Source of the DNA: an uncultured Chlorobiaceae bacterium
GTDB lineage: Bacteria > Bacteroidota > Ignavibacteria > UBA10030 > SZUA-254
DNA length: 41,850 nucleotides
Direction of reading: 5' to 3'
NCBI GenBank assembly: GCA_964353675.1
Contig: CAYGXH010000001.1
Location: 1-41,850 of the forward strand
Shown: piece by piece, positions 1 to 9,523 of the stretch
How positions within the stretch are numbered: the stretch's first letter is position 1
How the letters are laid out: every line of letters begins with the position of its first letter
Made by a program: the position numbers and the translations under genes
Notes under the pieces: model-generated
What the model was told of the DNA's origin: nothing
The model's database searches: none
What the model saw: only the letters and a program-made list of their open reading frames with translations

Positions 1-546
1 GTTTACGTTGATTCCGAATGAAGCCCACTCGTTTGCTAAAGCCTTCGTTATCTGTGCTACCGCACCTTTACTTGCCGCATACGAGGGCACCAGGATACCG
101 CCCTGGAAACTCAGGAGCGATGCGACGCTGATAATTTTCCCGTACTTCCGTTTTATCATATCGCGGGCAACCGCCTGGCTGAGGAAGAAAAGCGTTTTCG
201 TGTTTACCGCCATGACATCGTCCCAGTCTTTTTCCGTAAAATCGATCGCAGGCGTGCGGCGGATTATTCCTGCATTATTTATAAGTATATCGATCTTCCC
301 GAACGCTTTCACCGACTGCTCGATGATCATGGGGATCGGATCTTTCGTCGCGAGGTCGGCACGTATGGTAATCGACTTCATGCCGAGTTTTGCAATCAGA
401 TTCTTAGTTTCCTCTGCATCCGTGCGATCAACGAGTACGACATCGGCTCCCGCTTCTGCCAGACCTACTGCCATCCCCTGTCCCAGACCCGTACCCGCAC
501 CGGTGACGATCGCTGTCTTACCTGTCAGGTTAAAAATATTCTGCAC
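1..546 (-). CDS. kduD: 2-dehydro-3-deoxy-D-gluconate 5-dehydrogenase (KduD-type SDR); 3' end cut by window edge
   Basis: Missing from the ORF track because it runs off the window. Reverse translation from GTG 546-544 gives VQNIFNLTGKTAIVTGAGTGLGQGMAVGLAEAGADVVLVDR...ILINNAGIIRR...EKDWDDVMAVN...SLLSFQGGILVPSYAASKGAV...ANEWASFGINVN. It has the TGxxxGxG Rossmann motif, NNAG, and the YxxxK catalytic motif, and closely resembles E. coli KduD blocks. GAGGA lies about 7 nt upstream of the GTG. The + ORF 8..586 is its antisense shadow. Confidence 0.85.
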   Translation of the reverse strand, partial: MQNIFNLTGKTAIVTGAGTGLGQGMAVGLAEAGADVVLVDRTDAEETKNLIAKLGMKSITIRADLATKDPIPMIIEQSVKAFGKIDILINNAGIIRRTPAIDFTEKDWDDVMAVNTKTLFFLSQAVARDMIKRKYGKIISVASLLSFQGGILVPSYAASKGAVAQITKALANEWASFGINVN

Positions 547-577
547 GATAATATCCTCATTTAATTATTTTATACCC

Positions 578-615
578 ATTGAATAGCCCCCATCTTAAGA
601 TGGGGGCTATTCAAT
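578..615 (-). terminator. 38-bp perfect palindrome: intercistronic stem-loop, possibly a weak terminator or RNA-stability element
   Basis: ATTGAATAGCCCCCATCTT|AAGATGGGGGCTATTCAAT is exactly self-complementary. It starts 6 nt after the DUF4861 stop (622) and ends 31 nt before the kduD GTG (546). No U-tract follows it on the transcribed strand, so it is not a canonical intrinsic terminator. Confidence 0.4.
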
Positions 616-621
616 AATGGA

Positions 622-1800
622 TTATTCCTTAATCTCAATAATTAGAGGTGATTCAAGATTATTTAAATAATTTTCCAGATATTGATTCCATTCTTCCATA
701 TTTTTAAAATCGCCGCTTCGCGTCCAGCCGGCTCCGGTGTAGTACGTAAATGGCGCCCCGGTCTTAGCAGAGCAAACAGCATAAACCTGGACACTGTCTT
801 CGTACACCCTCAATAATCTTTTATCCGGAATAACAATGCCGGTTCCGAGGAATTCATTCACCGGATCAGCATCGGTGGGTCCCCACACGGAAATACCGCC
901 ATCCTTTCCGATCTTATGGACTGAAACGCCGTTTCGCTTCACGAGACCGCAAACCAGGTTAACGGGGAGTCCGGACGCCGCTGCGATAATTACATTTTCA
1001 ATTTTGTTCAGGTTACTGCCGGCATCGAGAGTAAATTTTTTGATCTCAAGGTATTTTTCACCGCCGACATCGATGCCGGGATAATAGACTTCAAATATCG
1101 TTCTCAACGGTCCGTTCGCAATGATGCGGTAATAAGAAAACAGTCCTGCCTGATACACCTTACCGTCAAGAAGAATCGCCGTGCCCCCGCATCCGAGCGT
1201 TTTACCGACCAGGAAGAAGTCGGCGCCCTCTCCGTGATCAACATGGTACGAGACTCGCTCTTTCCCTTTCAGCGAATCGCCTTCGTACCATTTGTCGATA
1301 ATCTGGTATCTTACCCGCTTTACCAACACATCAATTCCATTGAAAACATCTCCTGCCAGCGGGGAGCCGTAAATTCTGTACGCGATCCGGTCATTTTCCC
1401 ACGCGACATCTTTTCTCGGCAGTGGGTACTTTGCATTCACATACGATTGAGCGGCTATTTTTCCTTTATGTGTTTCTACGGAAAACCATTTTTCCTCTCC
1501 AGGTTTAAAATTACTCATGAACAGGAGGTTTTCCGGAATACCGTCACAGTTTTCATCGACAGCCTGCGAGGTGACTTCTCTTTGAGTCGTTTTATCGATA
1601 ACAATCACATTGCTATCCGCAGATCCGACCGGCAACCTGAGATCCTGCCACATTATGCTCACAATTGCGTTTTGTCGTTCAAGTTGTGAAGGATTGGTTA
1701 CAGTTATGCGAATCCCGCTATCACCGCCGTATGAAATGGCGGAGATCAAACACAGGAGGATTAAAAACCGGGTATTTTTCATTTTCTGATATATTATCAT
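622..1800 (-). CDS. DUF4861-family secreted protein (pectin-locus associated, function unknown)
   Basis: A signal peptide appears if the start is ATG 1782 (MKNTRFLILLCLISAISYG). Motifs WENDRIAYRIYG, HVDHGEGADFF and LGCGG match my recollection of DUF4861 proteins that sit next to kduI/kduD in FCB pectin loci. Confidence 0.65.
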   Translation of the reverse strand: MIIYQKMKNTRFLILLCLISAISYGGDSGIRITVTNPSQLERQNAIVSIMWQDLRLPVGSADSNVIVIDKTTQREVTSQAVDENCDGIPENLLFMSNFKPGEEKWFSVETHKGKIAAQSYVNAKYPLPRKDVAWENDRIAYRIYGSPLAGDVFNGIDVLVKRVRYQIIDKWYEGDSLKGKERVSYHVDHGEGADFFLVGKTLGCGGTAILLDGKVYQAGLFSYYRIIANGPLRTIFEVYYPGIDVGGEKYLEIKKFTLDAGSNLNKIENVIIAAASGLPVNLVCGLVKRNGVSVHKIGKDGGISVWGPTDADPVNEFLGTGIVIPDKRLLRVYEDSVQVYAVCSAKTGAPFTYYTGAGWTRSGDFKNMEEWNQYLENYLNNLESPLIIEIKE

Positions 1801-1828
1801 TTGTGAAATGTCGATTTATTTAGTTTTA

Positions 1829-3445
1829 TTATTCAATCCTAAAATAGTCGAATGTTGCATAGCCCTCGTCATTCCGATCACCTCTTTTGATGCAAAATAA
1901 TCCGACTTTTGCTCCAATCCATTTCCCGGATTTAGCCGTGAAAGAAGCGCCAACCGATGAAAATCTCTGACCGTCGGTGCTGTAGCTGAACGTGCAGTTT
2001 GCATCGCGCTCAACGGCAACCCGTAAGTATAGATTTCCATCGTCGATGGGGATAGGATTCCCTTCCCACTCGATTGCACCACTATCGGCATCCTGGCATA
2101 CGGTTGTTGCGATATGCAATTTATTTCCGATTGAATTAACGGTGATATATGAATAATCCGAACCCATGACGATCAGTCCGGCTTTTTCACCATCACTTGT
2201 CAAATTACAGGTCATCTTCACAGTCGCAGTATATTCAGGGGCGCATAATTTTTGCAGCAGGAGATTCGGAACATCCCAGAAATTCCTGAAATCGCGCGGA
2301 AGCGCAATCGCATTCAGGCGCAGATTCCCGTCCATTGTTTCCACCCATCCCCACGTTGAGTCCGGGTTCGCATGCCATTGCCACTGCATTCCAATTTTTT
2401 CTTCATTAAACTCATCCGATGTCTGTGGGATTATCTCAGGGAAAGATTTTCCAACATCAGGTTTAGCATATGCCCCGACCGGTTCACCTTTTCCGTCTCC
2501 ATCCTTATCTACTCCGATGACAGGCCATCCATCTTTCCATTCCATCGGTTGTAAATGTACTACGCGGCCGTATACACCGCGATCCTGGAAATGGACGAAC
2601 CAGGATTCACCTGATTCGAGCTGTACCCATGCTCCCTGATGAGGTCCATTCACATCGGTTTCCCCTTGCGTGAGGACGATTTTATCCTCATAAGGTCCAT
2701 AAATACTTTTTGAACGCAGCACTGTTTGCCAACCGTTTTTAACGCCGCCTGCAGGTGCAAATATATAATAGTAGCCGCCCTGCTTGTACATTTTTGGTCC
2801 CTCTATCGTGGGCTGGCGTTCACGGCCATCGAAGATCGTGGTCCCGTCGTCGAGTATTTTTGTTCCCTCCGCATTCATCTTATGCATAGTCAGAATGCTG
2901 TTGATGCCGGAGCGGCTTTTCGCCCACGCATGAACAAGGTAGGCATTGCCGTCATCATCCCAGAACGGACAAGGATCAATCCAGCCGATCGCCGATTTCA
3001 CCAGCTGAGGTTTCGACCAGGCTCCTGTTGGATTTTTCGCTTTGATAAGATAAATGCCGAAATTGGGATCTCCATAGTAAATAAAATATTCACCGCTGTG
3101 GTATCGTATGCTGGGTGCCCATACGCCATTACCATGCTGTGGCTTAGCATAAACATCGGCAGGCAGTGGATCAGGAATCGCATGTCCGGCAATAGTCCAA
3201 TTGACGAGATCCGGCGACCAGAGAATAGGTAAGCCGGGGATACAGTTGAAGCTCGACGCAGTCATGAAAAAATCACTTCCCACACGAATTACATCGGGAT
3301 CCGAGTAATCGGCAAAGATTACAGGATTTCTATAAGTGCCGTCGCCATTGTCCGGTACCCATACCTGTCCGTATGCTACTGAGTACACATATGTACATCC
3401 GATGATGGGTAAGTATTTCATTATCGTCCGGAGTCTATTTGTCAT
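1829..3445 (-). CDS. Glycoside hydrolase family 43 (beta-xylosidase / alpha-L-arabinofuranosidase type) with C-terminal beta-sandwich domain
   Basis: NPVIFADYSDPDVIRVGSDFFMTASSF, PGLPILWSPDLVNW, WAPSIRYHSGEYFIYY and EGPKMYKQGGYYYIF are typical GH43 propeller blocks. About 200 aa of concanavalin-like tail follows. The probable true start is ATG 3421 (MKYLPIIGC...), which removes the 11-nt overlap with the upstream gene. Confidence 0.85.
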   Translation of the reverse strand: MTNRLRTIMKYLPIIGCTYVYSVAYGQVWVPDNGDGTYRNPVIFADYSDPDVIRVGSDFFMTASSFNCIPGLPILWSPDLVNWTIAGHAIPDPLPADVYAKPQHGNGVWAPSIRYHSGEYFIYYGDPNFGIYLIKAKNPTGAWSKPQLVKSAIGWIDPCPFWDDDGNAYLVHAWAKSRSGINSILTMHKMNAEGTKILDDGTTIFDGRERQPTIEGPKMYKQGGYYYIFAPAGGVKNGWQTVLRSKSIYGPYEDKIVLTQGETDVNGPHQGAWVQLESGESWFVHFQDRGVYGRVVHLQPMEWKDGWPVIGVDKDGDGKGEPVGAYAKPDVGKSFPEIIPQTSDEFNEEKIGMQWQWHANPDSTWGWVETMDGNLRLNAIALPRDFRNFWDVPNLLLQKLCAPEYTATVKMTCNLTSDGEKAGLIVMGSDYSYITVNSIGNKLHIATTVCQDADSGAIEWEGNPIPIDDGNLYLRVAVERDANCTFSYSTDGQRFSSVGASFTAKSGKWIGAKVGLFCIKRGDRNDEGYATFDYFRIE

Positions 3446-4196
3446 TTCGATCCAGATACTCTTTTTTTAGGTGTTTCGTTAATTCCGATTTCAGTTCGAT
3501 CAATCCTTCTACTGCAAGTTCAGCCATTTTAGTCGCACCGTACTCTGAAAAATGTGTATTATCTTCCTTGCCTTCGGGTAATGTTTTGTAAATACCCGGT
3601 TTTACCCATAAAAATATTAACTTCGAATTCTCGGGTCCCAGCTTTGTGACGAGTTGTTCGCTCTTCCTGTGCATATCAACCAACGGAATGTTATAAGCGG
3701 CGGCAACTTCACGGACGATCTGAGGATATACTCCATGTTCATCATAGAACTTACCATCCTTATCGAATCGTCGGCGGACGATTGGTGTGCAGAGAATCGG
3801 ACGTCCTTTTTTCTCCAGAGTCTCGGTAACAAACTTGATCAGATTATTACGATAATCTTCCGGAGGAGTATAGCGTTCAATTTTTTCTTTCTTCTCATCA
3901 TTATGTCCGAACTGAATAAAAACATAATCGCCCTGTTTTATATTTTCCACGATCGGCCGCCATCTGTTCTCGCGGAGGAAGGATCTCGTACTCCGCCCGT
4001 TTTGTGCATGGTTTTCGATCGCAACAGTCGAATCAAAGAAGCGGGGAAATACCTGTCCCCAGCCCCGTTCCGGATTATCATCGGTCGGTTTATCTGCCAT
4101 CGTAGAATCACCAATCATGTAAATCGTACACTGCGGTCCGGAGACCTGAAAAGCACCGCACAGAATAAGAGCAAGTATGAGAAACGTTTTTATCAT
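3435..4196 (-). CDS. SGNH/GDSL hydrolase, rhamnogalacturonan acetylesterase-like (CE12)
   Basis: Signal peptide, then SGNH blocks: IYMIGDSTMADK (block I), NGRSTRSF (II), IQFGHND (III), DNTHFSEYGA (V). Size and layout match RhgT-type CE12 esterases. Confidence 0.8.
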   Translation of the reverse strand: MIKTFLILALILCGAFQVSGPQCTIYMIGDSTMADKPTDDNPERGWGQVFPRFFDSTVAIENHAQNGRSTRSFLRENRWRPIVENIKQGDYVFIQFGHNDEKKEKIERYTPPEDYRNNLIKFVTETLEKKGRPILCTPIVRRRFDKDGKFYDEHGVYPQIVREVAAAYNIPLVDMHRKSEQLVTKLGPENSKLIFLWVKPGIYKTLPEGKEDNTHFSEYGATKMAELAVEGLIELKSELTKHLKKEYLDRNDK

Positions 4197-4237
4197 GATT
4201 CAATAAATTGGATGTTGTCTTTATTTTTGAGCACTAT

Positions 4238-5815
4238 TCAATGACGTGAAAATGGATCCAGATGTTTTTTAAAATGCCTGATGAGTGTCTGGTAATGAAG
4301 CTCCTCATTTTCGATCAGGCAATTCATGAAGCGCTCGCGGAACAGAAATTTTCCCTCTTCGTTTCGTTCAGTCAGGACTTTCCCGAATGTTACATGAAAT
4401 ACCTGACGCGCATCATGATCCTCGAACAGCGATAATAACTTCTCGTCTGAGCAATCCTTGCCCGCGGGTACGCGATTAATCTGCGCGGTTACATGATAGG
4501 ATTTGCGCTGATCCTCATATTGTTCCCTGGAATAATCCAACATCTCCCTGAGGAGCGGAGGATTAACCTTTGCTATAGTGCGCAGCGCTTCAAGGTAACT
4601 CGTTCCGGCAGTTTTCACATGAACGTTCCCCTGATGAAGCGATCCGATTACCTTATACACGCTGAATTTATCGCTCCCCGAATGAATGCTTATCTTATAT
4701 GGTCCAACAATCTGAGAAATAGCGGCGTGCTGTTTGTATTCAGCTTCGAATGCGGAAAGATTGCCCTTGTAATCAACTCCTTTTTCAAAATCACCGATAA
4801 AGCGTGGCGCCAAACTGACAATCTTGACACCCATTCTCTTGAGCTCATTCGCAACGAAATAATGTTCGAATGGTGTTGTGGGAATATCTGTCTCGTCAAC
4901 GGATAATTCCACTTCTGACGGCAGAGAGGCGTACCGATCTGTGAGGTGACGGTACATTTTCCTTGCATGTTCTATTACTGCGCCGTACTTCAGGAAAGCA
5001 CGTGCAACAGCTTCAGCGTCCGGTGTCAGCGCAACGTCTGCATTGAGCCTGATGGTTTTGGAGACGTACCGGGAATTCACATCATCGAGTTTGAGTCCGC
5101 CCGTATCGAGCTGTTTTGCCCTTTGGACGACATCCCCAATCGGAAGCGAAACGGCTTCATTGACGACGTGCACGCTCGGATCAAATGTATACATAGTAAA
5201 TCCGACTTTCGCGTATCGGTCGATGTCCTCGGTAGTCTTTAGGTGATCGGCATCCGCTCCAAATCCTTTGGTATATCCTTCCTGCAGCACTGCCCACGTT
5301 GCTGCATCGAGAACTTCCTCAGCTGTGCGCTGTGTCCGTTCGAGTTCACGGACAGATTGCTGAGCCAGAACAGGTCTCATGTGCGAACCGGCAAGAGACT
5401 GTATGTGAGCCGGGTTCGCGATGCCAAGCCTGTCGCCGAAACCAAATGAATCAGCGGTGCCTACCACGACCGGTCGTGTGAAGGGAAATAATTCGCGTAT
5501 CTTTTCCGCATTCCGGTGATCCAGAGGACACTGCTCCGCGTGGATGCCGTTACCAAATACATCCGGAGATACATTCTCTCCGTTGAACGTGATTTTATCC
5601 TTACTGTTGTCTGTTCTCCTCGCGATATAAAGATATTTACCGCTTTTATGACGACCGATGAAAAACAACGTATCCCCGAGCATCATCATCGATAATTTAT
5701 AGATACTGATCGTTTGTCCGTTGGATCCGTAGATTATAGTATGGGGATCATGTTTCTTCGATCCTTTCAGGAGCATTTCCTTAAGCTGCATTTGAGCCAT
5801 ATTAGAACCTTTCAT
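4238..5815 (-). CDS. uxaE: Tagaturonate/fructuronate epimerase (UxaE family)
   Basis: SFGFGDRLGIANPAH, LAQQSVRELERTQRT and GFGADADHLKT blocks are characteristic of the UxaE TIM-barrel epimerase family described for the Thermotoga hexuronate route. It lies immediately downstream of uxaC. Confidence 0.75.
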   Translation of the reverse strand: MKGSNMAQMQLKEMLLKGSKKHDPHTIIYGSNGQTISIYKLSMMMLGDTLFFIGRHKSGKYLYIARRTDNSKDKITFNGENVSPDVFGNGIHAEQCPLDHRNAEKIRELFPFTRPVVVGTADSFGFGDRLGIANPAHIQSLAGSHMRPVLAQQSVRELERTQRTAEEVLDAATWAVLQEGYTKGFGADADHLKTTEDIDRYAKVGFTMYTFDPSVHVVNEAVSLPIGDVVQRAKQLDTGGLKLDDVNSRYVSKTIRLNADVALTPDAEAVARAFLKYGAVIEHARKMYRHLTDRYASLPSEVELSVDETDIPTTPFEHYFVANELKRMGVKIVSLAPRFIGDFEKGVDYKGNLSAFEAEYKQHAAISQIVGPYKISIHSGSDKFSVYKVIGSLHQGNVHVKTAGTSYLEALRTIAKVNPPLLREMLDYSREQYEDQRKSYHVTAQINRVPAGKDCSDEKLLSLFEDHDARQVFHVTFGKVLTERNEEGKFLFRERFMNCLIENEELHYQTLIRHFKKHLDPFSRH

Positions 5816-5845
5816 ACACCACTGTTATAGATGTGAATCAGCTAT

Positions 5846-7285
5846 TTAAAAAAAATCAAAATATCGTCTTGCATTATTGTAGCAAATATCGTTTACCATA
5901 TTACCTACGAGATCAATATCGTCCGGTATCAGACCCATTTTCATTTCCCTCCCGAGAATTTCACACAGAATTCGTCTGAAATACTCATGCCTCGGATAGG
6001 AGAGAAAACTGCGGGAGTCTGTCAGCATTCCGACGAACTGACTTAACAAGCCCATATTTGACAGCGCATTGAGCTGGCGCTCTATGCCGTCTTTCTGATC
6101 CAGGAACCACCACGCACTTCCATACTGAATCTTACCCGGGATTTTACTATCCTGAAAGTTTCCGATAAGTGACGCGATAATTTCATTGTCAGCCGGATTG
6201 AGATTGTATACAGTTGTCTTTGCGAGCGAATTCCTGTCGTCGAGTCTGGCAAGGAGCCGCGCCAGCGGTTGGGCGATCGCATAGTCACCAATTGAATCAT
6301 AGCCGGTATCGGGACCGAGTTCGCGGTACATCCTCGGATTCGTATTCCTCATCGCTCCGAGGTGGAACTGCTGGACCCAGCCAGCCCGGTGGTCCATCAG
6401 ACACAATTCCAGAAGCACAGCAGATTTAAACTTAGCGCATGAAACCGGATCGATAGGCTTACCGGTTAATCCGTCGGAGAATATTTTACCAATTTCACTT
6501 TCATTGAATTCCTCTACGTACACAGTTTCGAGTCCGTGGTCCGACAGACGACATCCCTGTGAGTGAAAGAATGCATGTCTTTTACGCAGGGCTTCGAGAA
6601 AATCCTTATACGACGTTATCTGGATATCGGAAGCGGCGCTGAGCTTTTCAACGTATGTCTTGAACGCCGCGCCGCGTTCGACATTCATCGCCATATCAGC
6701 CCTGAAAGCTGGCAGGACCCGCACAGGAAATGTTTTGTCTTTCTTTAAGTGCAGGTGATACTCCAGCGAATCGATCGGATCGTCGGTTGTGCAAACGACA
6801 TCCACATTAAATTGTTTGATAATTCCGCGTGTAGAAAAATCACTCTCAGCCAACTTCGCATTGCACCGTTCCCAAACCTGTTTTGCCGTTTTTTCATTAA
6901 GGAGAACATCCGAAATACCGAAGGGGCGTTTCAGTTCCAAGTGTGTCCAGTGGTAGAGAGGATTGCGCAGTGTCTTCGGAACGGTCTGCGCCCATGCTTG
7001 AAATTTTTCCCAATCGGAAGCATCACCAGTTATATACTTTTCCGGAACACCGAACGTCCGCATTGCCCGCCATTTGTAATGATCGCCGGCCAGCCATATC
7101 TGCGTCATGTTTGCAAAACGCCTGTCTTCGGCAATCTCCTTAGGAGGTACATGACAGTGATAGTCGATGATGTGCTGGTTTTTCGCAAACCGATGGTACA
7201 GCTCGACTGCTCTGTCGTTTGTAAGAAGAAAATTTTCTGTTATGAATACATCTGCCATAATCTGCTCCGCATTAAATTTAATCAA
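5846..7285 (-). CDS. uxaC: Glucuronate/galacturonate isomerase
   Basis: FITENFLLTNDRAVELYH, IIDYHCHVPPKEI, GDHYKWRAMR and QFHLGAMRN give full-length similarity to UxaC. The track start is TTG 7285. ATG 7258 (MADVFITENF) is more plausible. Confidence 0.95.
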   Translation of the reverse strand: MIKFNAEQIMADVFITENFLLTNDRAVELYHRFAKNQHIIDYHCHVPPKEIAEDRRFANMTQIWLAGDHYKWRAMRTFGVPEKYITGDASDWEKFQAWAQTVPKTLRNPLYHWTHLELKRPFGISDVLLNEKTAKQVWERCNAKLAESDFSTRGIIKQFNVDVVCTTDDPIDSLEYHLHLKKDKTFPVRVLPAFRADMAMNVERGAAFKTYVEKLSAASDIQITSYKDFLEALRKRHAFFHSQGCRLSDHGLETVYVEEFNESEIGKIFSDGLTGKPIDPVSCAKFKSAVLLELCLMDHRAGWVQQFHLGAMRNTNPRMYRELGPDTGYDSIGDYAIAQPLARLLARLDDRNSLAKTTVYNLNPADNEIIASLIGNFQDSKIPGKIQYGSAWWFLDQKDGIERQLNALSNMGLLSQFVGMLTDSRSFLSYPRHEYFRRILCEILGREMKMGLIPDDIDLVGNMVNDICYNNARRYFDFF

Positions 7286-8367
7286 CGCTTTATCCTTGCT
7301 GAACCGCCGCTCATTACATGTTTAATTTCTTCGAGAGTCACCATACTTGTATCACCGCGTGTACTCTGCAGAAGAGCGCCGTGCGCCGCTCCCATGTCAA
7401 CACACTCCTGAGGTGACATTCCGTGCAATAATCCGTATATAAGTCCGCTGCAGAAGCCGTCGCCGCCTCCGACACGATCTTCTACTTCCAAACCAGGGTA
7501 TTTTTTAGATTCGAAAAATTGCCCGTCGCAGTACAGGATCGCCGACCAATTATTCACCAATCCGCTGACCACTTCTCTCAGTGTTGTCCCGACTACCTGA
7601 ATATGCGGATAGGCGGATACAACTTTTTTCACCATTTTTTTATATGCCTCGACCGGAAGCGACTTCAGAGATTCATCCGTCCCTTCAACGGTAAATCCCA
7701 AAACTTTCTGGAAATCCTCTTCGTTGCCGATGAGAACATCGATAAATGGTATGAGTTTCTTTGTTGCTTCAATCGCTTTGGCGCTCGACCAGAGTTTGCT
7801 TCTGAAATTGAGATCGTAACTCACCGTTGCACCGTTTTCATGGGCGGCCTTCATGGATTCGTACGCGACATCAGCGCATGGCTCGCTTAGAGCGGTAAAT
7901 ATGCCCCCTGTATGAAACCACCTGACTTTTCGTTCGCTGAAAATTCTCTTCCACTGAACATCACCCGCTTTCATGTGTGAAACAGCAGTATGACCACGGT
8001 CGTATAGGCTTAGACTAGGACGGACGCCAATGCCAACCTCGGTAAAATTCAATCCGATTCGATCGGCCCGGCCTGATCCATCGTACGGCACCCAGATGAC
8101 TTCGCTGAGGTCCATTCCCGCTGTCCGCGCGTGGTTTCTAATAAACGCCCCAAGCGGATTATCCACCAGACGGGAAATCCATCCCGCACGCATCCCATAG
8201 CGTGCCAGTGCATAGGATACATTGTATTCCCCGCCGCCCGCATAGACTTCAAAGTAGGGTGAAAGCTCAATCCGCTGATGTCCAGGCGGACTGAACCGTA
8301 TCATGCATTCTCCGAGGGAGAGAATATCCAGGCCTTTTTCCGCCGCCTCTTTTATTTTCATTGTCAT
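7282..8367 (-). CDS. kdgK: PfkB-family sugar-acid kinase, 2-dehydro-3-deoxygluconokinase-like (copy 1)
   Basis: Ribokinase-like fold motifs: LSLGECMIRFSP, GGGEYNVSYALARYG, and the C-terminal DRVGGGDGFCSGLIYGLL (GxGD catalytic/anion-hole motif). It ends GGSARIKR. Confidence 0.75.
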   Translation of the reverse strand: MTMKIKEAAEKGLDILSLGECMIRFSPPGHQRIELSPYFEVYAGGGEYNVSYALARYGMRAGWISRLVDNPLGAFIRNHARTAGMDLSEVIWVPYDGSGRADRIGLNFTEVGIGVRPSLSLYDRGHTAVSHMKAGDVQWKRIFSERKVRWFHTGGIFTALSEPCADVAYESMKAAHENGATVSYDLNFRSKLWSSAKAIEATKKLIPFIDVLIGNEEDFQKVLGFTVEGTDESLKSLPVEAYKKMVKKVVSAYPHIQVVGTTLREVVSGLVNNWSAILYCDGQFFESKKYPGLEVEDRVGGGDGFCSGLIYGLLHGMSPQECVDMGAAHGALLQSTRGDTSMVTLEEIKHVMSGGSARIKR

Positions 8368-8410
8368 ATATTAATTCTTTCTTATGTAAAAATTTCTATC
8401 ATTCCTGACA

Positions 8411-9493
8411 TCAGCGCTGGATACGTGCTGAGCCGCCTTTGGCGAATGCCCGTACCTGTTCGACTGTTGCCATCGTTGTATCTCCGGGATATGTCGTTAC
8501 CATCGCCCCATGTGCCCAGCCGAGTCTGACAGCTTCCTCAGGCGTCTCTCCATTCAGCAATCCGAAGATGAAGCCGCTGGCAAATCCATCACCCCCGCCG
8601 ACCCGGTCCAGAACATCTAACTCGCACGTAGGCGCAGAATAGGTCTTGCCGGTTATCCAGGCAACGGCGCTCCAGCTGTGGTGATTTGTAGAGTGAACTT
8701 CCCTGAGTGTTGTAGCGACAATCTTTACCTGCGGATGTTTCTGGACAACTTTATCGATCATCTGTAAGAAGACAGACGGATCGAGTTTCGATTTAGCGGC
8801 AACCTCCGGTCCGGGTATTCCCAATCCTTTCTGTAGATCTTCTTCATTGCCAACCAATACATCCACATTCTCAACTATCCGATTGATGATTTCTCCTGCC
8901 TTCTTTTCACCGCCCCAGATACTCCAGAGCTTTTCTCGGAAGTTAAGGTCGAAGCTAACTATCGCACCCGCTGATTTTGCCGCCTTCATCGCCTCGATGA
9001 TCAATTCCCCGGTTGTAGCCGACAGGGAAGCAAATATACCACCGCTGTGAAACCATCGCACTCCGCCGGTGAAGATTGCTTTCCAGTCGAAATCTCCGGG
9101 TTTCAGCAATGCACCAGCTTCATTCGACCGGTTGTAGAACACAACGGGCGGGCGAACGCCGTAGCCGCGATCGCTATAGACCGTTGCCATATTGGGACCA
9201 TTTACCCCGTTATGTTTGAAGTGTTTATAAAACGGTTTGACACCCATAGCCCGTACCCGTTCGGCTATCAGATCACCAATGGGATAATCGACCATTGCCG
9301 TAGCAATGGCAGTATTCATGCGGAAACAGTCGGCAAGGTTCGCGGCAACATTGTACTCACCGCCGCTCACATGAATATGGCATTCAGTCGCCTTCCTGAA
9401 TGGATAGATCCCCGGATCGAGGCGATGTACAAGAGCGCCAAGACTCAACAGGTCGATAGCGCCGGTTTTGGGAATCTTTAATTCATTACTCAT
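8411..9493 (-). CDS. PfkB-family sugar-acid kinase, KdgK-like paralogue (copy 2), substrate uncertain
   Basis: Same architecture as copy 1 (LSLGALVHRLDP, SGGEYNVAANLA, DRVGGGDGFASGFIFGLL, ends GGSARIQR), but clearly diverged across the substrate-lid region. Confidence 0.7.
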   Translation of the reverse strand: MSNELKIPKTGAIDLLSLGALVHRLDPGIYPFRKATECHIHVSGGEYNVAANLADCFRMNTAIATAMVDYPIGDLIAERVRAMGVKPFYKHFKHNGVNGPNMATVYSDRGYGVRPPVVFYNRSNEAGALLKPGDFDWKAIFTGGVRWFHSGGIFASLSATTGELIIEAMKAAKSAGAIVSFDLNFREKLWSIWGGEKKAGEIINRIVENVDVLVGNEEDLQKGLGIPGPEVAAKSKLDPSVFLQMIDKVVQKHPQVKIVATTLREVHSTNHHSWSAVAWITGKTYSAPTCELDVLDRVGGGDGFASGFIFGLLNGETPEEAVRLGWAHGAMVTTYPGDTTMATVEQVRAFAKGGSARIQR

Positions 9494-9523
9494 AAATTTT
9501 ACCTCAGTTCTTTTTTCCTTATT

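Noticed and set aside
8-586. 192-aa plus-strand ORF at the left edge
   Set aside because: It has a low-complexity Ala/Ser/Pro/Arg-rich translation with no recognisable motif. The opposite strand encodes a textbook KduD SDR across the same bases, so this is an antisense shadow ORF.
1816-2091. 91-aa minus-strand ORF overlapping the 3' end of the GH43 gene in another frame
   Set aside because: It is fully nested in the GH43 coding region, whose frame carries conserved beta-sandwich sequence. There is no independent support.
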